The notes under the pieces were generated by a model. The model did no database searches, was not told where the DNA came from, and was given only the letters and a program-made list of their open reading frames with translations. Made by a program: the position numbers and the translations under genes. A stretch of DNA of 64,000 nucleotides from Promethearchaeota archaeon (GTDB lineage: Archaea; Asgardarchaeota; Lokiarchaeia; Sigyniarchaeales; SOKP01). Below are positions 19,830-28,884 of the stretch, piece after piece. Numbering within the stretch: position 1 is the first letter of the stretch; every line of letters begins with the position of its first letter. The stretch spans positions 96,001 through 160,000 of the forward strand of contig JAUVXW010000003.1 in assembly GCA_030603385.1 (NCBI GenBank). Direction: 5' to 3'.

Positions 19830-20532
19830 GGCTCTTTGAGCTTAATAGAAAGATTTATCCTCGTTAAATCCTTATTTTATTTAATGCCAACAAAGCCTTC
19901 TGAAATTAAAAAGGCTACAATCCATACTTATTGGAATTCTAAAGAAAGATTGATCTGCCCCTTATGTTCTTCTCAACTACAACATGAATTTAATAATGGA
20001 GGCAGGAAAATTATTACTTGAAAGGGACCTGTATGGGTATTGACTAATTATTATAGCTATATTAATCCTAAGTGTGAAATGCACGAGGCATTTCCAGTAG
20101 CATATCATTCAGTCATTCAACGGAAGCGATTTTCCTTGGAAGTATGGGCAAAAGTGATACAACATCATTTCAAGCATCAACTTAATTATTCCACCATCGT
20201 CAAACTCATGTGGGACGATTGGGACGTGTCAATTTCGAGGAACACGGTGAGAAACATCTGCGAATTTTTTGAAATGGCAGGAAAGCAATACACGGATAAA
20301 AATTCCTAAAAGGGGTAGAATCAAGCGGGAGAATCATTTTATCGCTTGATGGTGCCCAACCAGTTAAGAACGAGCCTTCTCTTTGGGTCTTTTCTGAGAA
20401 ATTGAAATGCTCTATGGCGTTCCCATCGTAGGCATCATTTCCGACAAGCAAAAAAGCATTGTGAATGGTGTCAAGCAATTCAAACCAGATATCCCACATG
20501 CATATTGCCAATACCACTTCCTTAACCACGTT
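19830..20532 (+). mobile_element. Truncated insertion sequence remnant (ISL3/MULE-like DDE)
   Basis: Candidate left end GGCTCTTTGAG at 19830 followed by a decayed transposase; no matching right inverted repeat seen; ends in a T run. Confidence 0.7.
19884..20532 (+). pseudogene. Transposase pseudogene
   Basis: CPLC Zn-finger start, in-frame TGA at 20019, HTH-like ISRNTVRNIC, frameshift near 20300, then ILSLDGAQP (first Asp), a second frame break, IISDKQ (second Asp) and CQYHF (CxxH); catalytic Glu region absent. Confidence 0.85.
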
Positions 20533-20631
20533 TTTTTTTGTTTTTGAAACTATCTTATGATTTTAAAAACAATAGTAAAAATATAGGGGATTATTAATCC
20601 TTAAATAATATCTAACTGAAGAATTAATTAG

Positions 20632-21147
20632 CTATATTTTTTTTCTGCCTACACTATATCGTTTAAGAAGCATACCACATATAGCCCCTGAGATGGCTAT
20701 TTCAAACAAAATAATTATGTCAAGCCATCCTCTAATATTACCAAATTTTAGGATAATCGGTTCTGTTGAAAAGCCAAACATAATAGCATAAAATATGAAA
20801 CCTTCTGCAATAAGAAGAGGTACCAGCCAGATGGATGCTTTAATTCCATAATGAGCTATTTCTTGTTTATATGTTAACACAAAACATACCAAAAACAACA
20901 CTAAAGCGGGTAAGAAGAAAGTTTTCAAATATGTTGTCCAAGTCCAAAAAAGTATGGTTCTATCCATATCAGTATAAGAGATCCATTCTTCATAATAATA
21001 ATCATACATCATAATGTTGGCGATAATTCCGTAATAACATAAAAAAGCAAAAATATACAAAAAAATAACACCCCCTTGTCGTCCCCAGTCAATTTTTATA
21101 TGACCTTTTGCTTTATAATCACTTTTTTCAATCTTCTCTGTTTCCAT
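20632..21147 (-). CDS. Hypothetical 171-aa membrane protein (about 4 TM helices)
   Basis: ATG start, four hydrophobic segments, basic C-terminus. Confidence 0.8.
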   Translation of the reverse strand: METEKIEKSDYKAKGHIKIDWGRQGGVIFLYIFAFLCYYGIIANIMMYDYYYEEWISYTDMDRTILFWTWTTYLKTFFLPALVLFLVCFVLTYKQEIAHYGIKASIWLVPLLIAEGFIFYAIMFGFSTEPIILKFGNIRGWLDIIILFEIAISGAICGMLLKRYSVGRKKI

Positions 21148-21248
21148 ATGTTAAAACCTAGAAATTTCAAAATTAAATAAAACTTAACCTAAAAAATTAT
21201 TTTACAAATTTAAATTCTTTTCATTTTAGAATGCTATTTTTCAAAATT

Positions 21249-21260
21249 TTACGTTCGTAA
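21249..21260. promoter_or_regulatory. Palindromic site TTACGTTCGTAA upstream of the 171-aa membrane protein gene
   Basis: Identical to 17129-17140; upstream of a minus-strand gaaaagaatttaaatt BRE-TATA-like element at about 21207-21222. Confidence 0.6.
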
Positions 21261-21264
21261 AGTT

Positions 21265-23076
21265 TTACCTTACTAAGAAATCTTTAATTCGACTATCCCA
21301 AGTATTATATTTAGATGTTCCGTCCTTCCACTTTTGTTTTGATGCTTCTTTTAAGAATTCAATTCCCGAATTTTTAGGCAATTCTTCGATAATTTCAATA
21401 TACCGTGGTACATGAAAGTAGGCGAGATTATGAAACAAATAGTCGCTAAGTTCTTCATGGGTGATAGTGCGATTTTTCGCTTTCACAGCAATGATTTTAA
21501 AATTAATATCAGGATCATTTCCATTCCGAACAGGTATGACAGAAGATTCAATGATATTTGGGTGTGAATTTGCTACTCGTTCAATATCCTTTGTAAAGAT
21601 TACTTCATTGTTTTTGGATATGATCTCGTTTCTTTTCCCCTTATAATAAACATATCCCTCATAGTCAATATAACCAAAATCACCCGTGTAAACCCAATTA
21701 TCCCTTCCTATTTTTACATCAATTTTTCCAGGTTGTCTATAATATTCAAAAATTGCTCCGGATGCTCTTCGTACTGCTATTTCTCCAACGTTATTTGGTC
21801 CTGGAGGCATTTCTGTTCCATTAGGGCCGATAATTTTTAATTCTATGAAATCTAATGGTGTTCCAATTGACCCCATTTTTCCACCTTCAGAACCTAGTTT
21901 ATTGATAGTTACACCAATTCCTTCTGCATGTGACCAGCACTCATGTAAGTGGATTCCAAACCTTTCTTCAAAAGCATTCCATAAATCCATTCCTGCGCCA
22001 AAACCGTAAGCAAACTTGATAGAATGAACTCGATCATTGACTTTGGGCTTTTGATACAATAGATTTGTCAGATGGCTACTGAAATAACAAAAACAAGTGG
22101 GTTCAAACTTATGGATTTCCTCCCAGAATGTTGATGCATTAAAATCTTCAGTAATTATAAGCGATTTATCATAGACAATTGAAGGTAATACCACAAAAAA
22201 ATGGGCAGTGCTACTAGATAAAGACATAGGGCAATAGATTTTGGATGCTTTGTCTAATCCTATCTTCATCAATTCAAATCCTAAAGCAATACCTGCTAAT
22301 ACAGTATTTCTATACACAACTCCTTTGGGTTGTCCAGTCACACCACTAGAATATTGAATTTCTGTAGGATCATCACTATACATATTAATCTCGGGATTTT
22401 GAGAATTTGATGTAATAATTGACTTAAAATTGGCATAGTGATTCTCAAAATTAAAATCAACAGGAGCATTGTGTATAAGTACTTTCTTGATCTTCGGTAG
22501 ATTTTTACTAACTTCTATGTATTTGCTAAGAAATTTATAATCAATAATCAAAACTTCTGTATCACTGTCTCTTAATATATATTCTAAATGATTGTCACTC
22601 AAAAATGTATCAATAGGTACAAATACACATCCGGCTTTAGCTATTCCAAACCATGTAAAAAGGAATTCTGGGCAAGTTTCCATAAGTAACGAAATTTTGG
22701 GTGCTTTTAAATCCAATTTATTAGTCAATTCAAGAAGTCCATGAGCAAGTTTGTTGGAATTATTATTAATTTCTTCATAAGAATAGCTTTTGTCTTTAAA
22801 GTAAAGATATGGTTGATCTTTATTTGCCTTTGCTTTAATTTCTAATAATCTCGGAAGTGTAGCGTTCTCTATTCCAAAATTTCTTATTATTCTCGAACGC
22901 TCATCATTTCTGCTTATCTTTAAAGACCCTTCCTCTATTTCAATAATTACTTCTTCATTATCTTGGAATGGAAATAATTCATCTTTATAAACCTTGCTTG
23001 GAATATATATCCAAACACTTTTATAACCACCATTTCCAGATTTTTTTGTAGTTATTTTTCCTTTAGCTACTTTCAA
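21265..23076 (-). CDS. AbrB/MazE/SpoVT-like DNA-binding domain fused to a degenerate CaiC-like acyl-CoA ligase domain
   Basis: N-terminal KITTKKSG...SVWIYIPSKV..D..FPFQDNEEVIIEIEEGSLKI swapped-hairpin pattern; ANL fold with YSSGVTGQPKG and YTGD but eroded A5/A8/A10 motifs; TTG start behind gtga. Confidence 0.85.
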   Translation of the reverse strand: MKVAKGKITTKKSGNGGYKSVWIYIPSKVYKDELFPFQDNEEVIIEIEEGSLKISRNDERSRIIRNFGIENATLPRLLEIKAKANKDQPYLYFKDKSYSYEEINNNSNKLAHGLLELTNKLDLKAPKISLLMETCPEFLFTWFGIAKAGCVFVPIDTFLSDNHLEYILRDSDTEVLIIDYKFLSKYIEVSKNLPKIKKVLIHNAPVDFNFENHYANFKSIITSNSQNPEINMYSDDPTEIQYSSGVTGQPKGVVYRNTVLAGIALGFELMKIGLDKASKIYCPMSLSSSTAHFFVVLPSIVYDKSLIITEDFNASTFWEEIHKFEPTCFCYFSSHLTNLLYQKPKVNDRVHSIKFAYGFGAGMDLWNAFEERFGIHLHECWSHAEGIGVTINKLGSEGGKMGSIGTPLDFIELKIIGPNGTEMPPGPNNVGEIAVRRASGAIFEYYRQPGKIDVKIGRDNWVYTGDFGYIDYEGYVYYKGKRNEIISKNNEVIFTKDIERVANSHPNIIESSVIPVRNGNDPDINFKIIAVKAKNRTITHEELSDYLFHNLAYFHVPRYIEIIEELPKNSGIEFLKEASKQKWKDGTSKYNTWDSRIKDFLVR

Positions 23077-23112
23077 AAAATTATCACTTTACTTTTTATT
23101 AGATAGAATGCT

Positions 23113-23124
23113 TTACTACCGTAA
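23113..23124. promoter_or_regulatory. TTAC-N4-GTAA site (TTACTACCGTAA) between the TATA box and the start of the AbrB-ligase gene
   Basis: Matches the motif at 17129 and 21249; minus-strand ggaaaacattttaaag BRE-TATA at 23147-23162. Confidence 0.5.
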
Positions 23125-23212
23125 TTTAAGAGAGTAATCACTCTTTCTTTAAAATGTTTTCCATAACTCAGTGTGATCTATCAGCAAATTTTGACATCAA
23201 TTTTGATTTATG

Positions 23213-23224
23213 TTACAGCAGTAA
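23213..23224. promoter_or_regulatory. Second TTAC-N4-GTAA site (TTACAGCAGTAA) upstream of the AbrB-ligase gene
   Basis: Exactly 100 nt from the 23113 site. Confidence 0.45.
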
Positions 23225-23302
23225 GAACGAACTTAAAATATATATGGTATATAAAAAAAATAAAATGAAAATAAGGAGCTATATAATTATATATAATATA
23301 AA

Positions 23303-25234
23303 CTAAAGCTTTTGACCTATTGCATATCCCTCGTGAATTGCTTCTAACATTCTTCTAGCTTGTGAACAATCTCCTATCGCGTGTACAGTGGGTAATTTCT
23401 CCCTCAACATATTGAATAATTTATTTTGAGCTTCCATACCAGCAGCAATCACAACTGTATCAGCTTCAATTATTTCAGAGTTTCCTTCTCTTTCGATTTC
23501 TACTCCATCATCCGTTATTCTAATGACTTTAGAAGAAGTGTATTGTTTGATGCCCCATCTGGCTATTCTCATGGTGACTGACCATTTTGTTGCTGGGCCA
23601 ACATCTCGTGCAATCTTTGGCAACATTTCAACAATGGAAACATCCTTTCCTTGAGATCTTAGAAGCTCCGCCGTTTCACAGCCAATCATCCCCCCCCCTA
23701 TTATTACAACATTATCACCTGTGCTTGACATTCCCTTTAACACATCAACTGCCATAACAACATTTTCAGTGTTAATTCCTGGTATATCTGGAGTTATTGC
23801 TGTCGCACCAGTAGCTACGATAACCTCATCAGCGTTTTCCTTCAAAATAGAATCTACCGTTGCTTCTTTATTAAGCTGAACATTAATTTTTAATTTCTTC
23901 ATCTGATATATTAAGTAATGTGTTAAACAATTGGTCTCCTCCTTATGAGGGGCTAAGGACGCCGTTATTAAATTTCCTCCTAGCTGATCATTTTTCTCCC
24001 ATAGAGTCACTTTGTGACCTCTTAATGTTGCTACCCTTGCGGCTTCCATCCCAGCTGGACCACCACCAATAATGAGGATCTTTTTCAATTTTTCCGCTTT
24101 CTCTAATTTTTTACCTTCCTTACCCAATCCAGCGTTTACAGAACACACAATAGTTCCTGGACTAGCCATAGCATCAAAACAACGGCAACAAGCTATACAC
24201 ATATTAATATCGTCAAATTCACCTTTCATAGCTTTTTTTGGGAAATATGGATCAGTCAAAAATGGCCTGCCAAAATGTACCAAATCTGCTCTTCCGTCTC
24301 TTATAATCTCATTAGCAAATCGAGGATCATTGATTCTCCCTCCTGTCATAATAGGAACATTTATTATCTTTTTCATCGCTTCTGCTAAATATACAAATGC
24401 TCCCCTAGGAACTGACATAGGTAACATAGGTTTTGGTGATTCATGCCATCCTGCCCATGTGTGTATCACAGAAACTCCTGCTTGCTCTGCTAATTTTGCC
24501 ATAATTTGAGAATCCTCCAGAACTGTACCCCCATCTATGTATTCTTCAGCACTAATTTTATAGATTACAGGGAACTGGTTTTCAAGTTTTTTTCTAATAT
24601 TTTTAATAATTTCAACAATAAAAGTTGCCCGTTCTGCAGGAGATTTTCCTCCAAATCTATCAGTTCGTTTGTTGGTAAGAGGTGATCCGAATTGACTTAT
24701 TAAGTATCCTGTTGATCCCATTAATAATACACCTTTAAATCCTGCTTCAGCACTTCTTCTCGCAGAATCACCAAATCTTTCAACTAATTCTTCAACCTCT
24801 TCAGTAGATAATTCTCTTGGCATTTCACCTCTTCCTCTATAACCCGCAATGGGAGATGGTGCCACAGGTTGCATACCAGTAAGACCAGAATGGCAATATC
24901 TACCGCCATGTGATAATTCAATCATCGGAACAGATCCATTTTTATCAATGGCGTTCGCTAATTTTTTCAAACCTGGGGAATACTTATCATCATCAGTTGC
25001 TATCATACCTTTACCTGCTGTACTTCCTATCGGGTAGTCTATGATACCCATCTCTACACAAATAAAACCAGCACCTCCTTTAGCCCTTTCTACATAGTAA
25101 TCAACTAATTGGTCGGTTACATATCCATCGTAACCAAATCGGGTGTTCATAGGGGCCATCATTATTCTATTACTTATTTCAACATCTCCAATTGTTATTG
25201 GCTGAAATAAATATTTTACTTCTTCTACAACCAT
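23303..25234 (-). CDS. fadH: 2,4-dienoyl-CoA reductase-like NADH:flavin oxidoreductase (OYE barrel, 4Fe-4S, FAD domain)
   Basis: NRIMMAPM, YYVERAKGG, MGSTGYLISQF (FadH-type MGSxGY), GWHES, CIACCRC...CSVN, GGGPAGMEAA. Confidence 0.85.
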   Translation of the reverse strand: MVVEEVKYLFQPITIGDVEISNRIMMAPMNTRFGYDGYVTDQLVDYYVERAKGGAGFICVEMGIIDYPIGSTAGKGMIATDDDKYSPGLKKLANAIDKNGSVPMIELSHGGRYCHSGLTGMQPVAPSPIAGYRGRGEMPRELSTEEVEELVERFGDSARRSAEAGFKGVLLMGSTGYLISQFGSPLTNKRTDRFGGKSPAERATFIVEIIKNIRKKLENQFPVIYKISAEEYIDGGTVLEDSQIMAKLAEQAGVSVIHTWAGWHESPKPMLPMSVPRGAFVYLAEAMKKIINVPIMTGGRINDPRFANEIIRDGRADLVHFGRPFLTDPYFPKKAMKGEFDDINMCIACCRCFDAMASPGTIVCSVNAGLGKEGKKLEKAEKLKKILIIGGGPAGMEAARVATLRGHKVTLWEKNDQLGGNLITASLAPHKEETNCLTHYLIYQMKKLKINVQLNKEATVDSILKENADEVIVATGATAITPDIPGINTENVVMAVDVLKGMSSTGDNVVIIGGGMIGCETAELLRSQGKDVSIVEMLPKIARDVGPATKWSVTMRIARWGIKQYTSSKVIRITDDGVEIEREGNSEIIEADTVVIAAGMEAQNKLFNMLREKLPTVHAIGDCSQARRMLEAIHEGYAIGQKL

Positions 25235-25381
25235 GATTGCTTCTACCTTTTTATTATATAGTTTATATATTTCAACATGAATTTTATTAAAGTTTTCTAA
25301 TAATAATTAATACAATTTTTTCATTATCTTACCTAATATTTAAAACCAACTATTGTAAATTTACGGAAATATTGATAAATT

Positions 25382-27631
25382 ATGACTGAAAATGAACAGG
25401 TTAAGTTAATAAGAACTGCTTGTCCAGCACATTGCGGTATAGATTGTTGTGGAATTTTAGCTCATGTAAAAGGAAATCGTATTGTAAAATTGGAACCTGC
25501 GGACTTTCCTGATGAAAGAGATCGGAGGATTTGTTTACGTGGATTAGTTAGTTTAGATATTACTTATCACCCAGATCGTATTAAATATCCAATGAAACGA
25601 ATTGGAGAAAGAGGTGAAGGGAAATTTGAACGAATATCCTGGGAAGAAGCTTATATGATAATTGTTGCGAAATTTAAAGAAATTTCTGAAAAATATGGAT
25701 GGAAATCGATTGGATGGGTTTTAGGAGGACCTGGTGCAGGTACAACAAAATTTGGTGCATATCTTAGATTGGCAAGTTTAACGCAGAGTACTCGTGTGAG
25801 TGCTTGGGGCTATGGAGATGCAGGGTTACCCTGTGGAAGTAGAGTGATTTTTGGACACCAATTTCCTTATCTGTATTTGTTTGGGGAATTCTGGCAGAGG
25901 AAATATCCTGAGTTGTTAATGATATGGGGTACAAATCCAGCTGAATCCATGCCTTTACAAAATATGAGAAAAGTTTTAGATGCAAAAGAATATGGAACTC
26001 AGGTAATTGTTGTAGATCCACGTTTCACAGTTACAGCATCAAAAGCAGATGAGTATATTGGATTAAAACCGGGTACCGATAGTGCTTTAGCTTTAGGGAT
26101 CATGAATGTGATATTCCAAAATAACTTACATGATAAAGAGTTCATATTAGAACATACGAATGGAGCCTATTTAGTGAGAACCGATTCAGGAATAATGCTA
26201 CGAGGGAAAGATGTAGACGCAAAAAAGCCAGAAGCTTATATTGTATGGCATGAATCGTCTAATTTTCATAAAACACTATCTCGCACAAGTGTAAAAGAGG
26301 CAAGTCTTACTGGAACTTATATGATAAATGGAATTGAATGTAAACCAGTAATTCAGGTATTGATGGATCTAGCCTCTGAATATACCCCAGAAAAAACCGC
26401 AGAAATTACAGGGGTTAATAAGGATCTTATTGTTAAGTTAAGTAAGAGGATAGCTACAGCTGAAACAGTTAGATTTTTAACTCATATGGGTTTTACGAGA
26501 ACTTATCATGGAGATATTTCCTTAAGGGGTCTAATATCTGTAGCCGCGATTACCGGAAATGTCACTACATCAGTAAATTCTGGACATGTGCCAGGAATTC
26601 TAAATTGGAATCCTTTCCTTAAAGCAATTCCAGATAAACCCAGTTTTCATAGAATCGGTATCCTCAATCTCTATGAGGCTGTGATATCTAGTAATCCCTA
26701 CCCAATAAAGGCTCTCTGGTTTGCTTTCATTAACTTTTTGAACCAATGTGCAAATGCTAATAAAATAATTGAAGAGTTTTACCCCAAATTGGAGTTTATT
26801 GTACAAACAGAACTATTTTTAACACCCTCCGCTCGATATGCCGATTTAATCCTCCCGGTTTGTAGTTTTTTAGAATTTTCAGATTTTTTAGCTCAACCTT
26901 ATCCTTATGCACAACTTCAACAGAAAGTAATTGAACCATTATTTGAATCCAAATCAGATGCGACTATTGTTGCTGAACTTGCTGAATGTCTTGGGTTTGG
27001 TGACTACTTTAAGGGAGGAGAAGAGAGCTTGATAGATCTTATCATGGCGACCCGTTCCTTCGAAGGAATGACTCGAGAAACTTTAAAAACCCAAGCTATG
27101 AAATTACCATCACTACCAGAGGGAGCAAAATTTCCACTAAATTTTGGAACACCCTCTGGTAAAATTGAACTATATGCAGAACAGTTAGTAGAAGATGGGG
27201 AGGCTCTTCCAGTCTATTTGCCACCTATTGAAGCTCCAATTACTCCTGGTGAAAAGAAGTATCCTTTAACATTAGTGAATGGTCATAGTCGCTTCCGTAC
27301 GCATTCCATGTTTGCAAATGTCAAATCTTTGCTAGATTTGAACCCTGAACCCCTAGTTGACATCAATCCGATTGATGCTGAAACCAGAAATATATCAAAT
27401 AATGATATTGTGACTGTTTTTAATGATAGGGCTCGAACAACACTAAAAGCTAGAATCTCTGAAAGTGTTCAACCGGGCATACTTGATATTACTGAAGGCT
27501 GGTGGATAGAACAATTTAGAGAGGGAAGTTTAAACCATCTCACACACGATATTATTAATCCAGTACAAGATAAAGTTTACGAACCGAACATGCATATGAA
27601 CGATGTTGCCGTGGAGGTGGAGAAAAAATGA
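25382..27631 (+). CDS. Molybdopterin (Mo/W-bisPGD, DMSO reductase family) oxidoreductase catalytic subunit, no Tat signal
   Basis: CPAHCGIDC...CLRG Fe-S motif, HPDRIKYPMKR, WGTNPAE, VDPRFT, KPGTDSA, TPSGKIE, HSRFRTHS. Confidence 0.92.
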   Translation: MTENEQVKLIRTACPAHCGIDCCGILAHVKGNRIVKLEPADFPDERDRRICLRGLVSLDITYHPDRIKYPMKRIGERGEGKFERISWEEAYMIIVAKFKEISEKYGWKSIGWVLGGPGAGTTKFGAYLRLASLTQSTRVSAWGYGDAGLPCGSRVIFGHQFPYLYLFGEFWQRKYPELLMIWGTNPAESMPLQNMRKVLDAKEYGTQVIVVDPRFTVTASKADEYIGLKPGTDSALALGIMNVIFQNNLHDKEFILEHTNGAYLVRTDSGIMLRGKDVDAKKPEAYIVWHESSNFHKTLSRTSVKEASLTGTYMINGIECKPVIQVLMDLASEYTPEKTAEITGVNKDLIVKLSKRIATAETVRFLTHMGFTRTYHGDISLRGLISVAAITGNVTTSVNSGHVPGILNWNPFLKAIPDKPSFHRIGILNLYEAVISSNPYPIKALWFAFINFLNQCANANKIIEEFYPKLEFIVQTELFLTPSARYADLILPVCSFLEFSDFLAQPYPYAQLQQKVIEPLFESKSDATIVAELAECLGFGDYFKGGEESLIDLIMATRSFEGMTRETLKTQAMKLPSLPEGAKFPLNFGTPSGKIELYAEQLVEDGEALPVYLPPIEAPITPGEKKYPLTLVNGHSRFRTHSMFANVKSLLDLNPEPLVDINPIDAETRNISNNDIVTVFNDRARTTLKARISESVQPGILDITEGWWIEQFREGSLNHLTHDIINPVQDKVYEPNMHMNDVAVEVEKK

Positions 27632-28212
27632 GCAAGAGTAAACGGTTAGGAATGGTTGTCGAGCAAGAAAGGTGTATAGGATGCGAAGCATGTAGCGTAG
27701 CATGCAGAATAGAAAACAATTCAACTGATTTCTGGATAAAAGTTGAGACTCAAGGAACAAGTGTTAAAGATACTCCAGTAGGGAGATTTCCCGACTTAAC
27801 CTTGAATTTTCTCCCTAGATTCTGCAACCATTGTGAAAATCCACCTTGCATCGAATCTTGTCCAGTTGACGCTTTACAAAAACGGGATGATGGAATTGTA
27901 ATTTTAGACCAAAATCTATGCACTGGATGTCAAGCGTGTTTAGATGCTTGTCCATATGATATAATTGTGTTCGATGAGAATCATAACGTTGCCGAAAAAT
28001 GTAATCTATGTGCTCATAGGGTGGATAAAGGACTTGAACCCTTCTGTGTTCTTTGTTGTGAAGGACAAGCATTACATTTTGGAGATTTAAATGATCCTGA
28101 GAGTAATATTGCAAAATTACTCTCTAAAGATGATGTTTTTCAACTAAAACCAGACGAAGGAACAAAACCTAAGGTCTATTATATTCCTCCTAGACCTAAA
28201 AAAAGATTATAA
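27628..28212 (+). CDS. 4x[4Fe-4S] electron-transfer subunit (DmsB/NrfC-like)
   Basis: CIGCEACSVAC, CNHCENPPCIESCP, CTGCQACLDACP, CNLC...PFCVLCC; ATGA overlap with the upstream gene. Confidence 0.93.
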   Translation: MSKSKRLGMVVEQERCIGCEACSVACRIENNSTDFWIKVETQGTSVKDTPVGRFPDLTLNFLPRFCNHCENPPCIESCPVDALQKRDDGIVILDQNLCTGCQACLDACPYDIIVFDENHNVAEKCNLCAHRVDKGLEPFCVLCCEGQALHFGDLNDPESNIAKLLSKDDVFQLKPDEGTKPKVYYIPPRPKKRL

Positions 28213-28339
28213 ATCTCCTTTTTTCTAATAATTAGAAAAAATTATTATTTTATTTATGCCGTATTATTTGGTGAAAATTTAAGAATTGAAAAAAATCAAA
28301 AAAATAAGAATTGAAATTATTAGGCAAAAATTTGTGAGA

Positions 28340-28750
28340 TTATAATGCTCTTGGTATTTTATCTGCTTCAGATATACCAATAAATAGTAGACCGATTACA
28401 ATAATAGCAGATAAGATTAAAAAGTATAGATCTAATGATAAAACTGTTAGTAAAATAATTATTATCATACTAAATGAATAACTAATCCAAAGAAAAGATC
28501 GTGTCATTGATGTTCTTTGAAATCTATCTCCAGAAATTAAACCTACTATCCCTAATACTGCTGGTGGGATAAAGTATAGAATAACATAAATGTAAAATAT
28601 TAAAGTTTCCTTCTGAATAATTATATCTAGTGATTCATTTGATATACTTTGAAAAACTATAAAAATTAATGATGAAAATAAAAATCCAATGACGAAAAGT
28701 GATAGACTTATTATAGAATATGCATTATATTTTTCTATTTTTGTTAACAA
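28340..28750 (-). CDS. Hypothetical small membrane protein (about 4 TM)
   Basis: TTG start behind an SD-like GGAGGA; hydrophobic segments. Confidence 0.7.
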   Translation of the reverse strand: MLTKIEKYNAYSIISLSLFVIGFLFSSLIFIVFQSISNESLDIIIQKETLIFYIYVILYFIPPAVLGIVGLISGDRFQRTSMTRSFLWISYSFSMIIIILLTVLSLDLYFLILSAIIVIGLLFIGISEADKIPRAL

Positions 28751-28884
28751 TGTCGTTCCTCCATTTTTTTGTTATATATGTTTTTTCTTTTGATATATAA
28801 ATATTAAATAATGAATAATTAATAAAATGTTAGGATAACTAATTATTTTTCTAATTTTAATTAAAAAATTTTTTTTAAATATTA

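Noticed and set aside
20019-20021. In-frame TGA as possible selenocysteine or readthrough codon
   Set aside because: It falls in a transposase remnant with further frameshifts and truncation, in a non-redox context (IIT*KGP); a nonsense mutation is the simpler explanation
20206-20529. 107-aa minus-strand ORF
   Set aside because: It is the antisense of the transposase DDE fragments encoded on the plus strand
28340-28750. Small membrane protein as the DmsC/NrfD anchor of the upstream Mo enzyme
   Set aside because: Opposite strand, too short, and no anchor or haem-ligand motifs
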